From positions 9,056 to 73,055 of the forward strand of contig NZ_JARKOT010000015.1 in the NCBI RefSeq assembly GCF_029977985.1: 64,000 nucleotides of DNA, in the 5' to 3' direction. A program made the translations under genes and the position numbers. The notes beneath the pieces are model-generated. The model was not told the DNA's origin. It saw only the letters and a program-made list of their open reading frames with translations, and ran no database searches. Below are positions 29,328 to 39,086 of the stretch, piece by piece. Source of the DNA: Propioniciclava sp. (GTDB lineage Bacteria; Actinomycetota; Actinomycetes; Propionibacteriales; Propionibacteriaceae). Positions within the stretch are counted from its first letter, which is position 1. Each line of letters opens with the position of its first letter.

Positions 29328-31421
29328 ATGCGCTACCCCGAGACCCGCCAGGACGCCTGCGTCGAAACCCTGCACGGGCGTGAGATCGCCGACCCCTACC
29401 GCTGGCTCGAGGACGCCGACGCGCCCGAGGTCGCCGCGTGGGTCACGGAGCAGCGGGACTTCGCCGAGGGCGTCCTCGCCGACCTGCCCGGCCGGGCCTG
29501 GTTCACCGAGCTCCTCGCGCGAATCGTCGCCCGGCCGCGGGCCGGCATGCCGTTCGTCCGGGGGGAACGCTTCTTCCTCAGCCGTAACGACGGCACCACC
29601 GCCCAGGACGTCTGGTACACCGCCGACACCCTTGAGGAACTCGAGCGCGGCGGCAGCGTCGTCCTCGACCCCAACACGTGGTCGAGCGACGGCACGGCGT
29701 CACTGAGCACGTTCTCCGTCGCCAAGGACGGCTCGCTGCTCGCCTACGCCGCCAGCGAGGGCGGCTCGGACTGGCAGAAGTTCCGGGTGAAGGACCTGAC
29801 CACCGGCACCGACCTCGACGACGCGGTGGTGGGCAAGTTCAGCTCGCCCGCGTGGCTGCCCGACCACCGCTCGTTCCTTTACACCACCTTCGACGAGGCC
29901 GCGGACGCCCGCGGCACCGCCACGGCCGGGCTGCAGGGCGGGCGGCTCATGATCCACCGGCTCGACGGCGACGACGAGGAGTTGCTGCGCTTCGGGGAGG
30001 GGCCCATGACGCTCGCCTTCGGGCAGGTGTCGGACGACCTGGCCTGGCTCATCGTGACGATCGTGCGCGGCACCGAGAACCGCAACCGCCTCTGGGCCTA
30101 TCCCCTCACCACGGCGAACGGGCGCACCGAGCTCGGCGAACCCGTCAAGGTCGTCGACACGCCCGACGCGGAGTACGGCTTCGTCCGCACCGACGGCGCG
30201 CAGCTCTACCTGACGACCGATCTGGAGGCGCCCCACGGGCGCGTCGTGCGCGTCGACCTCGGCTGGGCGGCGCGCGGCGACGTCGAGTTCGCCGAGGTCG
30301 TGCCCGAGGCCGCCGCCACGCTCAGCGCCGTCGAGGCGGCCGGCGACGGACTGCTGCTGGCCTACCTCGACGACGCCGAGCCCGTCGTCGTCTGGACGCG
30401 GCTCGACGGCACGGCCGGCGTCGAGCTCGACCTGCCGGCCGGCGCCCTCGTCGGCCTGGACGGCTCGCCCGACCGGAGGACCGCGTTCGTCGGCCTCTCC
30501 ACCCTGGACGCCCCCACCGCGGCCTTCCGGATCGAACTTCCAGACGACCCGGACGCCGACCCGCGCGTCGAGCGCCTGGAGCTCGCTGGGGCGTCCGCGT
30601 CGTTCGCGCCCGCCTTCACGGTCACGCGCGAGCGGGCCACAAGCGCCGACGGCACTCAGGTGCCCTACTTCCTGGTCGTCCCCGACGACGACGCGAGCGG
30701 GCCTCGACCGACCCTGCTGTACGGCTACGGGGGCTTCAAGATCCCGGTCGCGGCCGACTACCGGCCCGGCTGGTCGGCCTGGCTGGCGGCCGGGGGAGCG
30801 CTCGCCATCGCGAACCTGCGCGGCGGCGGCGAGTTCGGCACCACGTGGTACGACCAGGGCCGCGGCCCGCACAAGCAGAACGTGTTCGACGACGCCGTGG
30901 CGGTGGCCGAGCACCTCGTGGCGACGGGGGTGACGGCGTCCGACCGGTTGGCCGTGCACGGGCGGTCGAACGGCGGGCTGCTCGTCGGGGCGCTGGTGAC
31001 CCAGCGGCCCGACCTGTTCGCCGCCGCCCTGCCCACCGTGGGCGTCCTCGACCTGCTGCGCTTCCACAAGTTCACCGGCGGGGCCGCCTGGACGTCGGAC
31101 TACGGCGACCCCGACGTGGCCGCCGACTTCGAGGTCGCGCTGGCCTATTCGCCGCTGCACAACGTGCGCGACGGCGTCACCTACCCGGCGACGCTCATCG
31201 CCACGGCCGACCACGATGACCGGGTCGTGCCGCTGCACAGCTTCAAGTTCGGGGCGGCCCTGCAGGCCGCCCAGGGCGGCGAGGCGCCCGTGATCGTGCG
31301 CATCGAGTCCTCGGTGGGGCACGGCGCCGGCAAGTCGCTGGCGATGATCGCCGCGGAGTGGGCCGACCTGCTCGCTTTCGCCGCCCACCACACCGGCCTC
31401 ACGGTTCCCGCCGCAACGTGA
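29328..31421 (+). CDS. prolyl oligopeptidase (S9A)
   Basis: DPYRWLE, LYGYGGF, GRSNGGLL nucleophile elbow, DDRV, GHG. Confidence 0.94.
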   Translation: MRYPETRQDACVETLHGREIADPYRWLEDADAPEVAAWVTEQRDFAEGVLADLPGRAWFTELLARIVARPRAGMPFVRGERFFLSRNDGTTAQDVWYTADTLEELERGGSVVLDPNTWSSDGTASLSTFSVAKDGSLLAYAASEGGSDWQKFRVKDLTTGTDLDDAVVGKFSSPAWLPDHRSFLYTTFDEAADARGTATAGLQGGRLMIHRLDGDDEELLRFGEGPMTLAFGQVSDDLAWLIVTIVRGTENRNRLWAYPLTTANGRTELGEPVKVVDTPDAEYGFVRTDGAQLYLTTDLEAPHGRVVRVDLGWAARGDVEFAEVVPEAAATLSAVEAAGDGLLLAYLDDAEPVVVWTRLDGTAGVELDLPAGALVGLDGSPDRRTAFVGLSTLDAPTAAFRIELPDDPDADPRVERLELAGASASFAPAFTVTRERATSADGTQVPYFLVVPDDDASGPRPTLLYGYGGFKIPVAADYRPGWSAWLAAGGALAIANLRGGGEFGTTWYDQGRGPHKQNVFDDAVAVAEHLVATGVTASDRLAVHGRSNGGLLVGALVTQRPDLFAAALPTVGVLDLLRFHKFTGGAAWTSDYGDPDVAADFEVALAYSPLHNVRDGVTYPATLIATADHDDRVVPLHSFKFGAALQAAQGGEAPVIVRIESSVGHGAGKSLAMIAAEWADLLAFAAHHTGLTVPAAT

Positions 31422-31446
31422 GGGGCGCGGGCCGCGTGGTGGAGGC

Positions 31447-32286
31447 ATGAGAATCGTCCTCGCCGTCTTCGCCGCCCTCGCGTTGGTCGGCTGCTCGACC
31501 GGGCAGACGGTGCCGGCTGTCCCCGCCTCCAGCCCGGTCGTCGACTGCGCCGCCTTCCCTGAGGAGCCCGACCTGCCGGACGTCCTCGCCGAGGGCATCG
31601 CGCAGGTGCGGCTGTGCCAGGAGCCCGGCAACGAACTGGCGCTCGTGGCGCCCCCCGATGCGCTCGTCGTGGACGCCGACGCGGTCGCCCGGGCGTACAA
31701 CGCGCTGGAGGTGGCGGAGCTGGCCACGCTGGCCTGTCCCGAGGACTTCGGGCCGGCCTACCGACTGGCCGTGGCGTACCCCGACGGCACGGTCGTCACC
31801 CTCCGCGGCGAGCAGTACGGCTGCAGCCTCGTGGGCAACCGTCTGGGCAGCGACGCCGTGCTCACCGCCTTCGGCGACGCGCTGTGGGCCCAGCGGACCA
31901 CCCAGCCGGCGACCCCCGTCGAGCCGCCGGATGATCTGTGCCGCGGCGAGGCTTCGTGGCTGGTGCCCGACCTCGCCGACACCGTCCGCGGGGTCGCGTG
32001 CCTGCCCGACGCCGCCGGTCAGCTGCAGCAGCGCCCCTTCAGCGAGGAGGACTGGGCCACGCTGGCCGCGGACGCCGCCGCCCACCCCCGCACGCCCACG
32101 CCGCTGCCGCCGGACGCCGTCTGCGACGCGCTCGCCCTGCCCACGCTCGTCGGGGTGGCGGCCACCGGCGAGGTGGTGTGGGTGCCGGCGAGCTGCGCCG
32201 CCTACGAGTGGGGTCCGGGCCGGGGGGCCACCCACGGTTGGGAGCCCACTGGCGCCGCGCGGACGCTGCTGGAGGGCCTGGTCTGA
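31447..32286 (+). CDS. hypothetical lipoprotein with two 4-Cys modules
   Basis: RBS GGAGG; signal peptide with lipobox LVGC; eight further Cys. Confidence 0.72.
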   Translation: MRIVLAVFAALALVGCSTGQTVPAVPASSPVVDCAAFPEEPDLPDVLAEGIAQVRLCQEPGNELALVAPPDALVVDADAVARAYNALEVAELATLACPEDFGPAYRLAVAYPDGTVVTLRGEQYGCSLVGNRLGSDAVLTAFGDALWAQRTTQPATPVEPPDDLCRGEASWLVPDLADTVRGVACLPDAAGQLQQRPFSEEDWATLAADAAAHPRTPTPLPPDAVCDALALPTLVGVAATGEVVWVPASCAAYEWGPGRGATHGWEPTGAARTLLEGLV

Positions 32287-32314
32287 ACCGGGCCGCGGCT
32301 AGCATGGTGCGGTC

Positions 32315-35300
32315 ATGCCAGCCGATCTGCGTCTCGAGTTCGACCCCGCGCTGCCCATCAGCGCCGCGGTCGACGAGATCCGCGACCTGATCGAGCGTCA
32401 CCAGGTGGTCGTGGTGGCGGGCGCGACCGGCTCGGGCAAGACCACGCAGCTGCCCAAGATCGCCCTGCTGGCCGGGCGGCGCCGCATCGGCCACACCCAG
32501 CCGCGGCGCATCGCCGCGCGGACCGTCGCCGAGCGGATCGCCGAGGAGATGAACACCCCGCTCGGCGAGGCGGTCGGCTACCAGGTGCGGTTCACCCGTC
32601 AGGCGGGCCGCAGCACCGCGGTGAAACTCATGACCGACGGCATCCTGCTCGCCGAGATCGGCCACGACCGCGACCTGCGTGCCTACGACACGATCATCAT
32701 CGACGAGGCCCACGAGCGCTCGTTGAACATCGACTTCCTGCTCGGCTACCTCAAGCAGTTGCTGCCCCGGCGGCCCGACCTCAAAGTGCTCGTCACCTCG
32801 GCCACCATCGACACCGCGCGCTTCGCAGCCCACTTCGGTGACGCGCCCGTGGTCGAGGTCTCCGGGCGCACCTATCCGGTCGAGACGGTCTACCAGCCCC
32901 TGGAGGAGTCCGAGGAGTTGGTCGACGGCATCACCCGTGCCGTCAGGCAGCTGCACGCCCTGGGCGAGGGCGACATCCTCGTGTTCTGCTCGGGGGAGCG
33001 GGAGATCCGCGACGCGGCCGAGGCCATCGGCGCCATGAAGCTGCGCGACACCGACGTTCTGCCGCTCTACGCCCGGCTGTCGGCCGCCGAACAGCACCGG
33101 GTGTTCACGCCGCACACGGGCACGCGGGTGGTGTTGGCGACGAACGTCGCCGAGACCTCGCTGACGGTGCCCGGCATCAGGTTCGTCGTCGATCCGGGGT
33201 ACGCGCGTATCTCGCGCTACTCGGCCCGGACCAAGGTGCAACGCCTGCCCATCGAGCCCATCTCGCAGGCTTCGGCCAATCAGCGGGCCGGCCGGTGCGG
33301 ACGCCTCGGGCCCGGCATCGCGATCCGCCTGTACTCCGAGGAGGACTTCGCCTCCCGCCCGGAGTTCACCGAGCCCGAGATCCTGCGGACCAACCTCGCC
33401 AGTGTCATCCTCCAGATGGCTGACGCGCGCCTCGGCCCGATCGAGGACTTCCCGTTCGTCGAACCGCCCGATCGCGGGCAGGTGCGCGACGGCGTCCGGC
33501 TGCTGCGCGAGCTGGGTGCCATCACCGAGCCGGACGCGGCGGGCGCCTATGCGCTCACGAAGACCGGGCGCCTCCTCGCCCGACTGCCCGTCGACCCCCG
33601 GCTGGGGCGCATGCTCGTCGAGGCCGGACGCCGCGGCGTCGCGTGGGACGTCCTGCCGGTCGTGGCCGCGCTGGCCATCCCGGACGTCCGGGAGCGGCCG
33701 ACCGACAAGCAGGGCGAGGCGGACGCCTGCCACAAGCGGTTCTGGGTGGCGGGGGAGGCGAGCTCCGACCGGGACGCCAGCGACATCGCCGCGCTGTGGC
33801 GGCTGTGGGAGTACCTGCGCGACCAGCGACGCGAGCTTTCGGGCAGCGCCTTCCGGCGGCTGTGCCGCGACGAGTACCTCAACTTCCTGCGCATCCGCGA
33901 GTGGCAGGACCTCGTCAGCCAGCTGCGCGAGATCGCGGGCGAGCTCGCGCTCGACCGCCGCGGGCCGAAGACGCACGCCGAGGTGAAGAGCAGGGTCTCC
34001 TCCGGCGGGACGGGCACGGAGCCCGACTGGGACAACGTCCACATCAGCGTCCTCGCCGGGCTGCTGAGCCACGTGGGCCTGCTGGACGAACGCCAGCGCG
34101 GCAGCCAGCGGCACCAGCGTGGGCGGCGTCCGCTGGCGGAGTACCTCGGCGCGCGGGGGGCGCGCTTCGCGATCCAGCCGGGCTCGGCCGCGGCGAAGAC
34201 GCCCCCGCCGCTCGTCATGGCGGTCGAACTCGTGGAGACCTCCCGCCTGTGGGCGCGCACCGTGGCCCCCATCCGGGCGGAGTGGGTCGAGCAGGTCGGT
34301 CAGCACCTGCTCAAGCGCACGTACTCGGAGCCGCGCTGGTCGGCCAAGGGCGGGCAGGCGGTCGCCACCGAGACCGTCCACCTGCTCGGCGTGCCGATCA
34401 TCGCCGACCGCCAGGTCGGCTACGCCCGCATCAACCCCGTCGTGGCAAGGGCGGTCTTCCTCCGGTCGGCCCTCGTCGAGGGCGACTGGCACACCCGCCA
34501 CCACTTTTTCGCCCGCAACGAGCAAGTCCGGGCGGAGGCGTCCGAGCTGGAGGAGCGCACCCGCCGCCGCGACATCGTCGTCGACGACGACGCCATCTTC
34601 GACTTCTACGACGAGCGCATCCCCGCCGAGATCGCGTCGGTGGCGGCGTTCGACCGTTGGTGGCGCGACCAGCGTCAGACCGACGCCCGCTTCCTGGACC
34701 TGAGCCTCGACGATCTGGTGGACGACCCGGGTGCCGTCGACGCCGACGCCTACCCCGACACCTGGACCGTCGGCCCCGCGGCCCTGCCCGTCTCGTACAA
34801 CTTCGACCCTGGCTCCGGCACCGACGGCGTCTCGGTCGAGATCGACGTGTCGGTGCTCAACCAGGTGGACGCCGCACCCTTCACCTGGCAGGTGCCCGGC
34901 CTGCGCGAGGAACTGGCGACCGAGATGATCCGGTCGCTGCCGAAGGCCGTCCGCACGCGGTTCGTGCCCGCCCCCGACTGGGGACGGCGGGCCCTGCGCT
35001 GGCTCGACGAACACCCCACCGCCGAGCCCTTCGACGTCGCCCTGGCCCGCGCTCTGACAGGCCTCTCGGGCGAGGTGGTCGATCCGGCCCACTTCAACAC
35101 CGGCGTCCTGCCCGATCACCTGGGGGTGCGCTACGTCATCACCGACGGCCGCCGCACCCTCGGCGCCGGCAAGGACTTCGGCGAGTTGCGCGAGCAGTTC
35201 GCGCCGCGCCTGGCGCGGCGGCTGAACGCGGCGGCGTCCGACCTCGCCCACCCGGGCGCGGCGAACTGGCAGTTCGGCACGCTGCCGCGCGAGTCGGTGA

Positions 35301-36106
35301 TCGATCGCGACCCGACGCCGCTCGTGGGCTACCCGGCGCTGGTCGACCAGGGCCAGACGGTCGGCGTCCGCATCGCCGACACCGAGCCCAAGGCGCGCCG
35401 CTGGCACGCACTCGGGCTGCGCCGTCTCGTCGTCCTCACGACGCCCGACCCCGCCCGCTCGGTCTTCGCGCGGCTCTCGAACGCCGACAAGGTGGCGCTC
35501 GCCGCGGGCCCCTACGTGAACCTCAACGCGGCCCTCGCCGACTGCCGGCTCAAGGCGACCGGTGATCTGGTCGTCGCCACGACGGGCGACCCGATCGACG
35601 TCCGTGACGAGGCCGCCTTCGCCCGCTGCCGGGACACCGTCCGCGCCGACGTCGCCGATCGCATGCAGTCGGTGGTGCGCACCGCGGCGCGCGCGCTCGG
35701 CCGCCACGCCGAGGTGCGCCGCACGCTCGAGGGGCTGCCGGCCTCCGAGGCGCGCGCAGACATCGAGGCCCAGCTCGACAACCTCGTGTTCGACGGCTTC
35801 GTCTCCGCGACGCCCGAGCCCCACTTCGGACGCCTCGAGCGCTACCTGCACGCGGCCGAGGTGCGCCTGGCCGGGCTGCGGACGAACCCGGCCCGCGACC
35901 GGCTCAACCTCGACGTCATCGCCGAGTTGGAGGAGGCCTACGCGCGGGTGTGCGAGCGCTACCCGGTGGGGGAGCTGCCGCCCGCGGCGTCCGACGTGGG
36001 CTGGCTGCTCGAGGAGTTGCGGGTGAGCCTGTTCGCCCAGTCGCTCGGCACGGCGCAACCGGTGTCGGCGAAACGTGTCCGGTCGGCCCTGGCGTCGTTG
36101 GGGTGA
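32315..36106 (+). CDS. hrpA: ATP-dependent RNA helicase HrpA
   Basis: GSGKTTQLPK, TQPRRIAA, DEAHERS, SAT, QRAGRCGR, C-terminal EELRVSLFAQ. Confidence 0.97.
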   Translation: MPADLRLEFDPALPISAAVDEIRDLIERHQVVVVAGATGSGKTTQLPKIALLAGRRRIGHTQPRRIAARTVAERIAEEMNTPLGEAVGYQVRFTRQAGRSTAVKLMTDGILLAEIGHDRDLRAYDTIIIDEAHERSLNIDFLLGYLKQLLPRRPDLKVLVTSATIDTARFAAHFGDAPVVEVSGRTYPVETVYQPLEESEELVDGITRAVRQLHALGEGDILVFCSGEREIRDAAEAIGAMKLRDTDVLPLYARLSAAEQHRVFTPHTGTRVVLATNVAETSLTVPGIRFVVDPGYARISRYSARTKVQRLPIEPISQASANQRAGRCGRLGPGIAIRLYSEEDFASRPEFTEPEILRTNLASVILQMADARLGPIEDFPFVEPPDRGQVRDGVRLLRELGAITEPDAAGAYALTKTGRLLARLPVDPRLGRMLVEAGRRGVAWDVLPVVAALAIPDVRERPTDKQGEADACHKRFWVAGEASSDRDASDIAALWRLWEYLRDQRRELSGSAFRRLCRDEYLNFLRIREWQDLVSQLREIAGELALDRRGPKTHAEVKSRVSSGGTGTEPDWDNVHISVLAGLLSHVGLLDERQRGSQRHQRGRRPLAEYLGARGARFAIQPGSAAAKTPPPLVMAVELVETSRLWARTVAPIRAEWVEQVGQHLLKRTYSEPRWSAKGGQAVATETVHLLGVPIIADRQVGYARINPVVARAVFLRSALVEGDWHTRHHFFARNEQVRAEASELEERTRRRDIVVDDDAIFDFYDERIPAEIASVAAFDRWWRDQRQTDARFLDLSLDDLVDDPGAVDADAYPDTWTVGPAALPVSYNFDPGSGTDGVSVEIDVSVLNQVDAAPFTWQVPGLREELATEMIRSLPKAVRTRFVPAPDWGRRALRWLDEHPTAEPFDVALARALTGLSGEVVDPAHFNTGVLPDHLGVRYVITDGRRTLGAGKDFGELREQFAPRLARRLNAAASDLAHPGAANWQFGTLPRESVIDRDPTPLVGYPALVDQGQTVGVRIADTEPKARRWHALGLRRLVVLTTPDPARSVFARLSNADKVALAAGPYVNLNAALADCRLKATGDLVVATTGDPIDVRDEAAFARCRDTVRADVADRMQSVVRTAARALGRHAEVRRTLEGLPASEARADIEAQLDNLVFDGFVSATPEPHFGRLERYLHAAEVRLAGLRTNPARDRLNLDVIAELEEAYARVCERYPVGELPPAASDVGWLLEELRVSLFAQSLGTAQPVSAKRVRSALASLG

Positions 36107-36142
36107 GCCGGAGCGTCGGCGGGGACGGCTAGAGTGGCGCGC

Positions 36143-37051
36143 ATGCTGGATCCGAGGCAGCTGTACACCATCGACCCCGGAGTGCGCGCGAGCCTGGCGG
36201 GGGAGCGGCCCGTGCTGGTCCACCTGTTGGAGGGCTACGTCGACGCCGGCCAGGTGGCCCGCCAGCTGGCCGGGCACCTGCGCGACTCGCTCGAGTCGGT
36301 GGTGCTCGCCGACTTCGATCACGACCAGCTGCACGACTACCGCTCACGGCGTCCGCCCATGGTGTTCGACACGAACACGTGGGTGTCGCTGGAGGACTAC
36401 GCGCTGCAGCTCTTCAAGGTGAAGGACGCCTCCGGTCGCGTTTTCCTGCTGCTCACCGGCCCGGAGCCGGACACCCAGTGGAACCGGGCGTGCGCGGCGA
36501 TCCTCGACCTGGCGGGCGAACTGGGCGTGGAGCAGGTGGTGACGGGCCAAGGCGTGCCGATGGGTGTGCCGCACACGCGGCCGGTGCTGGTCACGAGCCA
36601 CGCGACCGATCCCGAGCTCGTGACCGACAACCCCGTGTGGATCGATCGCGTCACCGTTCCGGGCAGTTTCGCTGGCATGCTCGAGTTCCGCGCCGGGCAG
36701 CGCGGCATTCTGGGCCGGGGGTTCGTCGCGCATGTGCCCCACTACCTCGCGCCGGGCACGTACGCCCCGGCCGCGCTGGCGGTGCTGGAGCGGCTCCGCG
36801 ATGCCTCGGGGCTCGATGTGCCGCCCGGTGAACTGGCGAGTTTGTCGTTGCAGACGCTCACCCAGCTGGAGGCGGAGGTGGCCGGCGACAACGAGCTCGG
36901 CCCGCTCGTCGAGCAACTCGAGCGGCAGTACGACGAGCTCGAGGCGTCCGGCCGGGCATCGGTGCCGACGCCCGATGAGATCGGGGCGGCGGTCGAGCGC
37001 TTCCTCGCCCAGCAGGACGACGAGGGCGAGGGCCCCGATGCAGCACGTTGA
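36143..37051 (+). CDS. PAC2 (proteasome assembly chaperone) family protein
   Basis: GYVDAG, DYRSRRP, GPEPD.QW, PHTRP, HVPHYL. Confidence 0.87.
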   Translation: MLDPRQLYTIDPGVRASLAGERPVLVHLLEGYVDAGQVARQLAGHLRDSLESVVLADFDHDQLHDYRSRRPPMVFDTNTWVSLEDYALQLFKVKDASGRVFLLLTGPEPDTQWNRACAAILDLAGELGVEQVVTGQGVPMGVPHTRPVLVTSHATDPELVTDNPVWIDRVTVPGSFAGMLEFRAGQRGILGRGFVAHVPHYLAPGTYAPAALAVLERLRDASGLDVPPGELASLSLQTLTQLEAEVAGDNELGPLVEQLERQYDELEASGRASVPTPDEIGAAVERFLAQQDDEGEGPDAAR

Positions 37052-37883
37052 CGAGTTGCTCGACCTGTTGCACCTGGACGCCGCCGGTGCCGACCACTAC
37101 GTGGGCCAGCACCCGGAAACGCTCATGCAGCGCACCTTCGGCGGCCAGGTCATGGCGCAGGCGTTGGCGGCCGTGTACGAAACGGTGGACGCCGCCAGAG
37201 TGGCGCACTCGCTGAAGGGCTACTTCCTGCGGCCGGGCTCCACGGACGCCCCCATCGACTACTTCGTCGAACGGACGCGCGACGGCGGCACCTTTTCGAC
37301 CCGTCGCATCCAGGCGGTGCAGCGCGGCAAGGAGATCTTCTTGATGACCGCCTCGCTCAAGGTGCCGGAGGAGGGGCTGGAGCACACCGAGCGACCGGCG
37401 GTGGAGCCGCTGCCGCCCGACGAGTGCCCACCGCTGGCCCAGGTGCTGGGGGAGCGCAGCCGCCGGGCAGCGGAGATGTGGGAGCGCGAATGGGCGGCCG
37501 TGGAGGCCCGGTTCGTGCCCACCCAGCCGGTCGCACGCGGCGGGGCGCGCATGCAGGCGTGGATCCGCAGCCACGGCGATCTACCCGACGACCCGCGCGT
37601 GCACCAGATGGTGCTGGCCTACGCCTCCGACCTGACCCTGCTGGGGGTGACCACCGTGCCGCACCCGTACACGTTCGGCCAGCCGCAGCTTCAGATGGCC
37701 ACCGTGGATCACTCCATGTGGTTCCACCGTCCCCTTCGGGCCGACCAATGGGTGCTGTACGACCAGAGCTCGCCGAACGCCGCCAACGGCCTGGGCTTCG
37801 CCACGGGCCGCCTCTACGACGAGCAGGGCGTGCTGGGGGCCTCGACCTCCCAGGAGGGCCTCATCCGCATCGTCGGGTCCTGA
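37038..37883 (+). CDS. tesB: acyl-CoA thioesterase II
   Basis: FGGQVMAQ, HSLKGYFLRPG, AYASD, DHSMWFH, QEGLIR. Confidence 0.92.
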   Translation: MQHVDELLDLLHLDAAGADHYVGQHPETLMQRTFGGQVMAQALAAVYETVDAARVAHSLKGYFLRPGSTDAPIDYFVERTRDGGTFSTRRIQAVQRGKEIFLMTASLKVPEEGLEHTERPAVEPLPPDECPPLAQVLGERSRRAAEMWEREWAAVEARFVPTQPVARGGARMQAWIRSHGDLPDDPRVHQMVLAYASDLTLLGVTTVPHPYTFGQPQLQMATVDHSMWFHRPLRADQWVLYDQSSPNAANGLGFATGRLYDEQGVLGASTSQEGLIRIVGS

Positions 37884-37901
37884 CGCGCTCGTCGCACACA
37901 T

Positions 37902-37930
37902 GAGGGGCCGGGCTCCGGGCCCGGCCCCTC
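37902..37930. terminator. bidirectional hairpin between convergent tesB and sigB
   Basis: GAGGGGCCGGGC / GCCCGGCCCCTC perfect 12-bp stem. Confidence 0.72.
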
Positions 37931-37956
37931 TGGTTGGGGTGCCGAATGTGGGTGCT

Positions 37957-38910
37957 TCAGGCGGCCAACGTGTGGTCGCGAAGCTTGGCGATGGCCTGGC
38001 GTTCGATCTGGCGGACCCGCTCGGCGGTGATGCCCCAGACCTGCGCGATGTCGGCGAGCTTGGCCTGCCGGCCGTCCAGGAGCCCGTAGCGGCGGCGCAC
38101 GACGTCGGCCGAGCGCTCGTCGAGGCGCTCCAGCATGGCGTCGAGGCGGCTGCGCTCCTCGGCGTCCAGGACCATCTCGTCCGGCCCCGGCGAGGTGTCG
38201 CGGGCGAGCAGGTCGCCGAGGGCGGTGTCGCCGTCCTCCTCGACCGGTGCATCCAGCGATACGTGCTCGCGGGCGAGGCGGAGCAGTTCGACGACGCGCT
38301 CTTCGTCGAGGTCGAGCTGGGCTGCGATCTCGGCGACCTCCGGCTCGCGGCCCAACTGCCGCTCGAGGTCACGACGCGTGGCGGACACCTGGTTGATCTG
38401 CTCGGCGACGTGCACGGGCAGGCGCACGATCCGGCCCTGCTGGGCGATGCCGCGGCTGATGGACTGGCGCACCCACCACGTGGCGTAGGTGGAGAACTTG
38501 AAGCCCTTGGTGTAGTCGAACTTCTCGACGGCCCGGATGAGGCCCGTGTTGCCCTCCTGGACCAGGTCGAGCAGCGGCATCTGGGAGCGCCCGTACTTGC
38601 GGGCGACCGAGACGACGAGCCGCAGGTTGGCGGTCACGAAGCGGCGCATCGCCTGCTCGCCCTCGTTGACGAGGGTGCGGAGTTCGTCGTCGGACGCCTT
38701 CGCGGCCTTGCGGCCGCCGCGCTCCTTGGTGGTCACGGTGCCGGCCAGGATGGCTTCGGCGTACAGGCCCGCCTCGATCAGCCGGGCGAGGTGAACCTCC
38801 TCCTCTGCGGTCAGGAGCGGCGTCTTCGCGATGCCGTCGAGGTACAGGCCGACGGAATCCTTGCCGTCGATGCCCTCGTTGGCACGGGCACGGGGGGAGC
38901 TCGAGATCAT
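37957..38910 (-). CDS. sigB: group 2 (principal-like) sigma factor, SigB/HrdD-type
   Basis: [35 protein letters not shown]; no acidic region 1.1. Confidence 0.85.
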   Translation of the reverse strand: MISSSPRARANEGIDGKDSVGLYLDGIAKTPLLTAEEEVHLARLIEAGLYAEAILAGTVTTKERGGRKAAKASDDELRTLVNEGEQAMRRFVTANLRLVVSVARKYGRSQMPLLDLVQEGNTGLIRAVEKFDYTKGFKFSTYATWWVRQSISRGIAQQGRIVRLPVHVAEQINQVSATRRDLERQLGREPEVAEIAAQLDLDEERVVELLRLAREHVSLDAPVEEDGDTALGDLLARDTSPGPDEMVLDAEERSRLDAMLERLDERSADVVRRRYGLLDGRQAKLADIAQVWGITAERVRQIERQAIAKLRDHTLAA

Positions 38911-38941
38911 GTAGCGGTTCCTCTCTCTCGTCAGGAAAGTA

Positions 38942-38968
38942 CAACGCACCTCGAGCCGGATTTGTTCG
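38942..38968 (-). promoter_or_regulatory. ECF sigma (SigE/SigH-type) promoter for sigB
   Basis: CGAAC-N17-CGTTG on the minus strand (one mismatch to GGAAC). Confidence 0.6.
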
Positions 38969-39069
38969 GTGGAACCCCCGAACGCCCCCTCAGGGCCCCC
39001 GCGGCAAGGCGAATAGAGACCGCAGTCGTACCTCCCCCTACTCCCGGAGGCGGCCCCGCTCGGGGTTGC

Positions 39070-39086
39070 TCTCAGCGGGTTCTCAG
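39070..39086. promoter_or_regulatory. MprA-type direct repeat upstream of sigB
   Basis: TCTCAG-CGGGT-TCTCAG. Confidence 0.62.

Noticed and set aside
32039-36334. Very long antisense ORFs (1431 aa here; also 17290-20217, 49810-53484, 39167-41287 and 41260-42807)
   Set aside because: They mirror real genes on the opposite strand; high-GC codon bias suppresses stops in that frame, and they show no motifs or RBS
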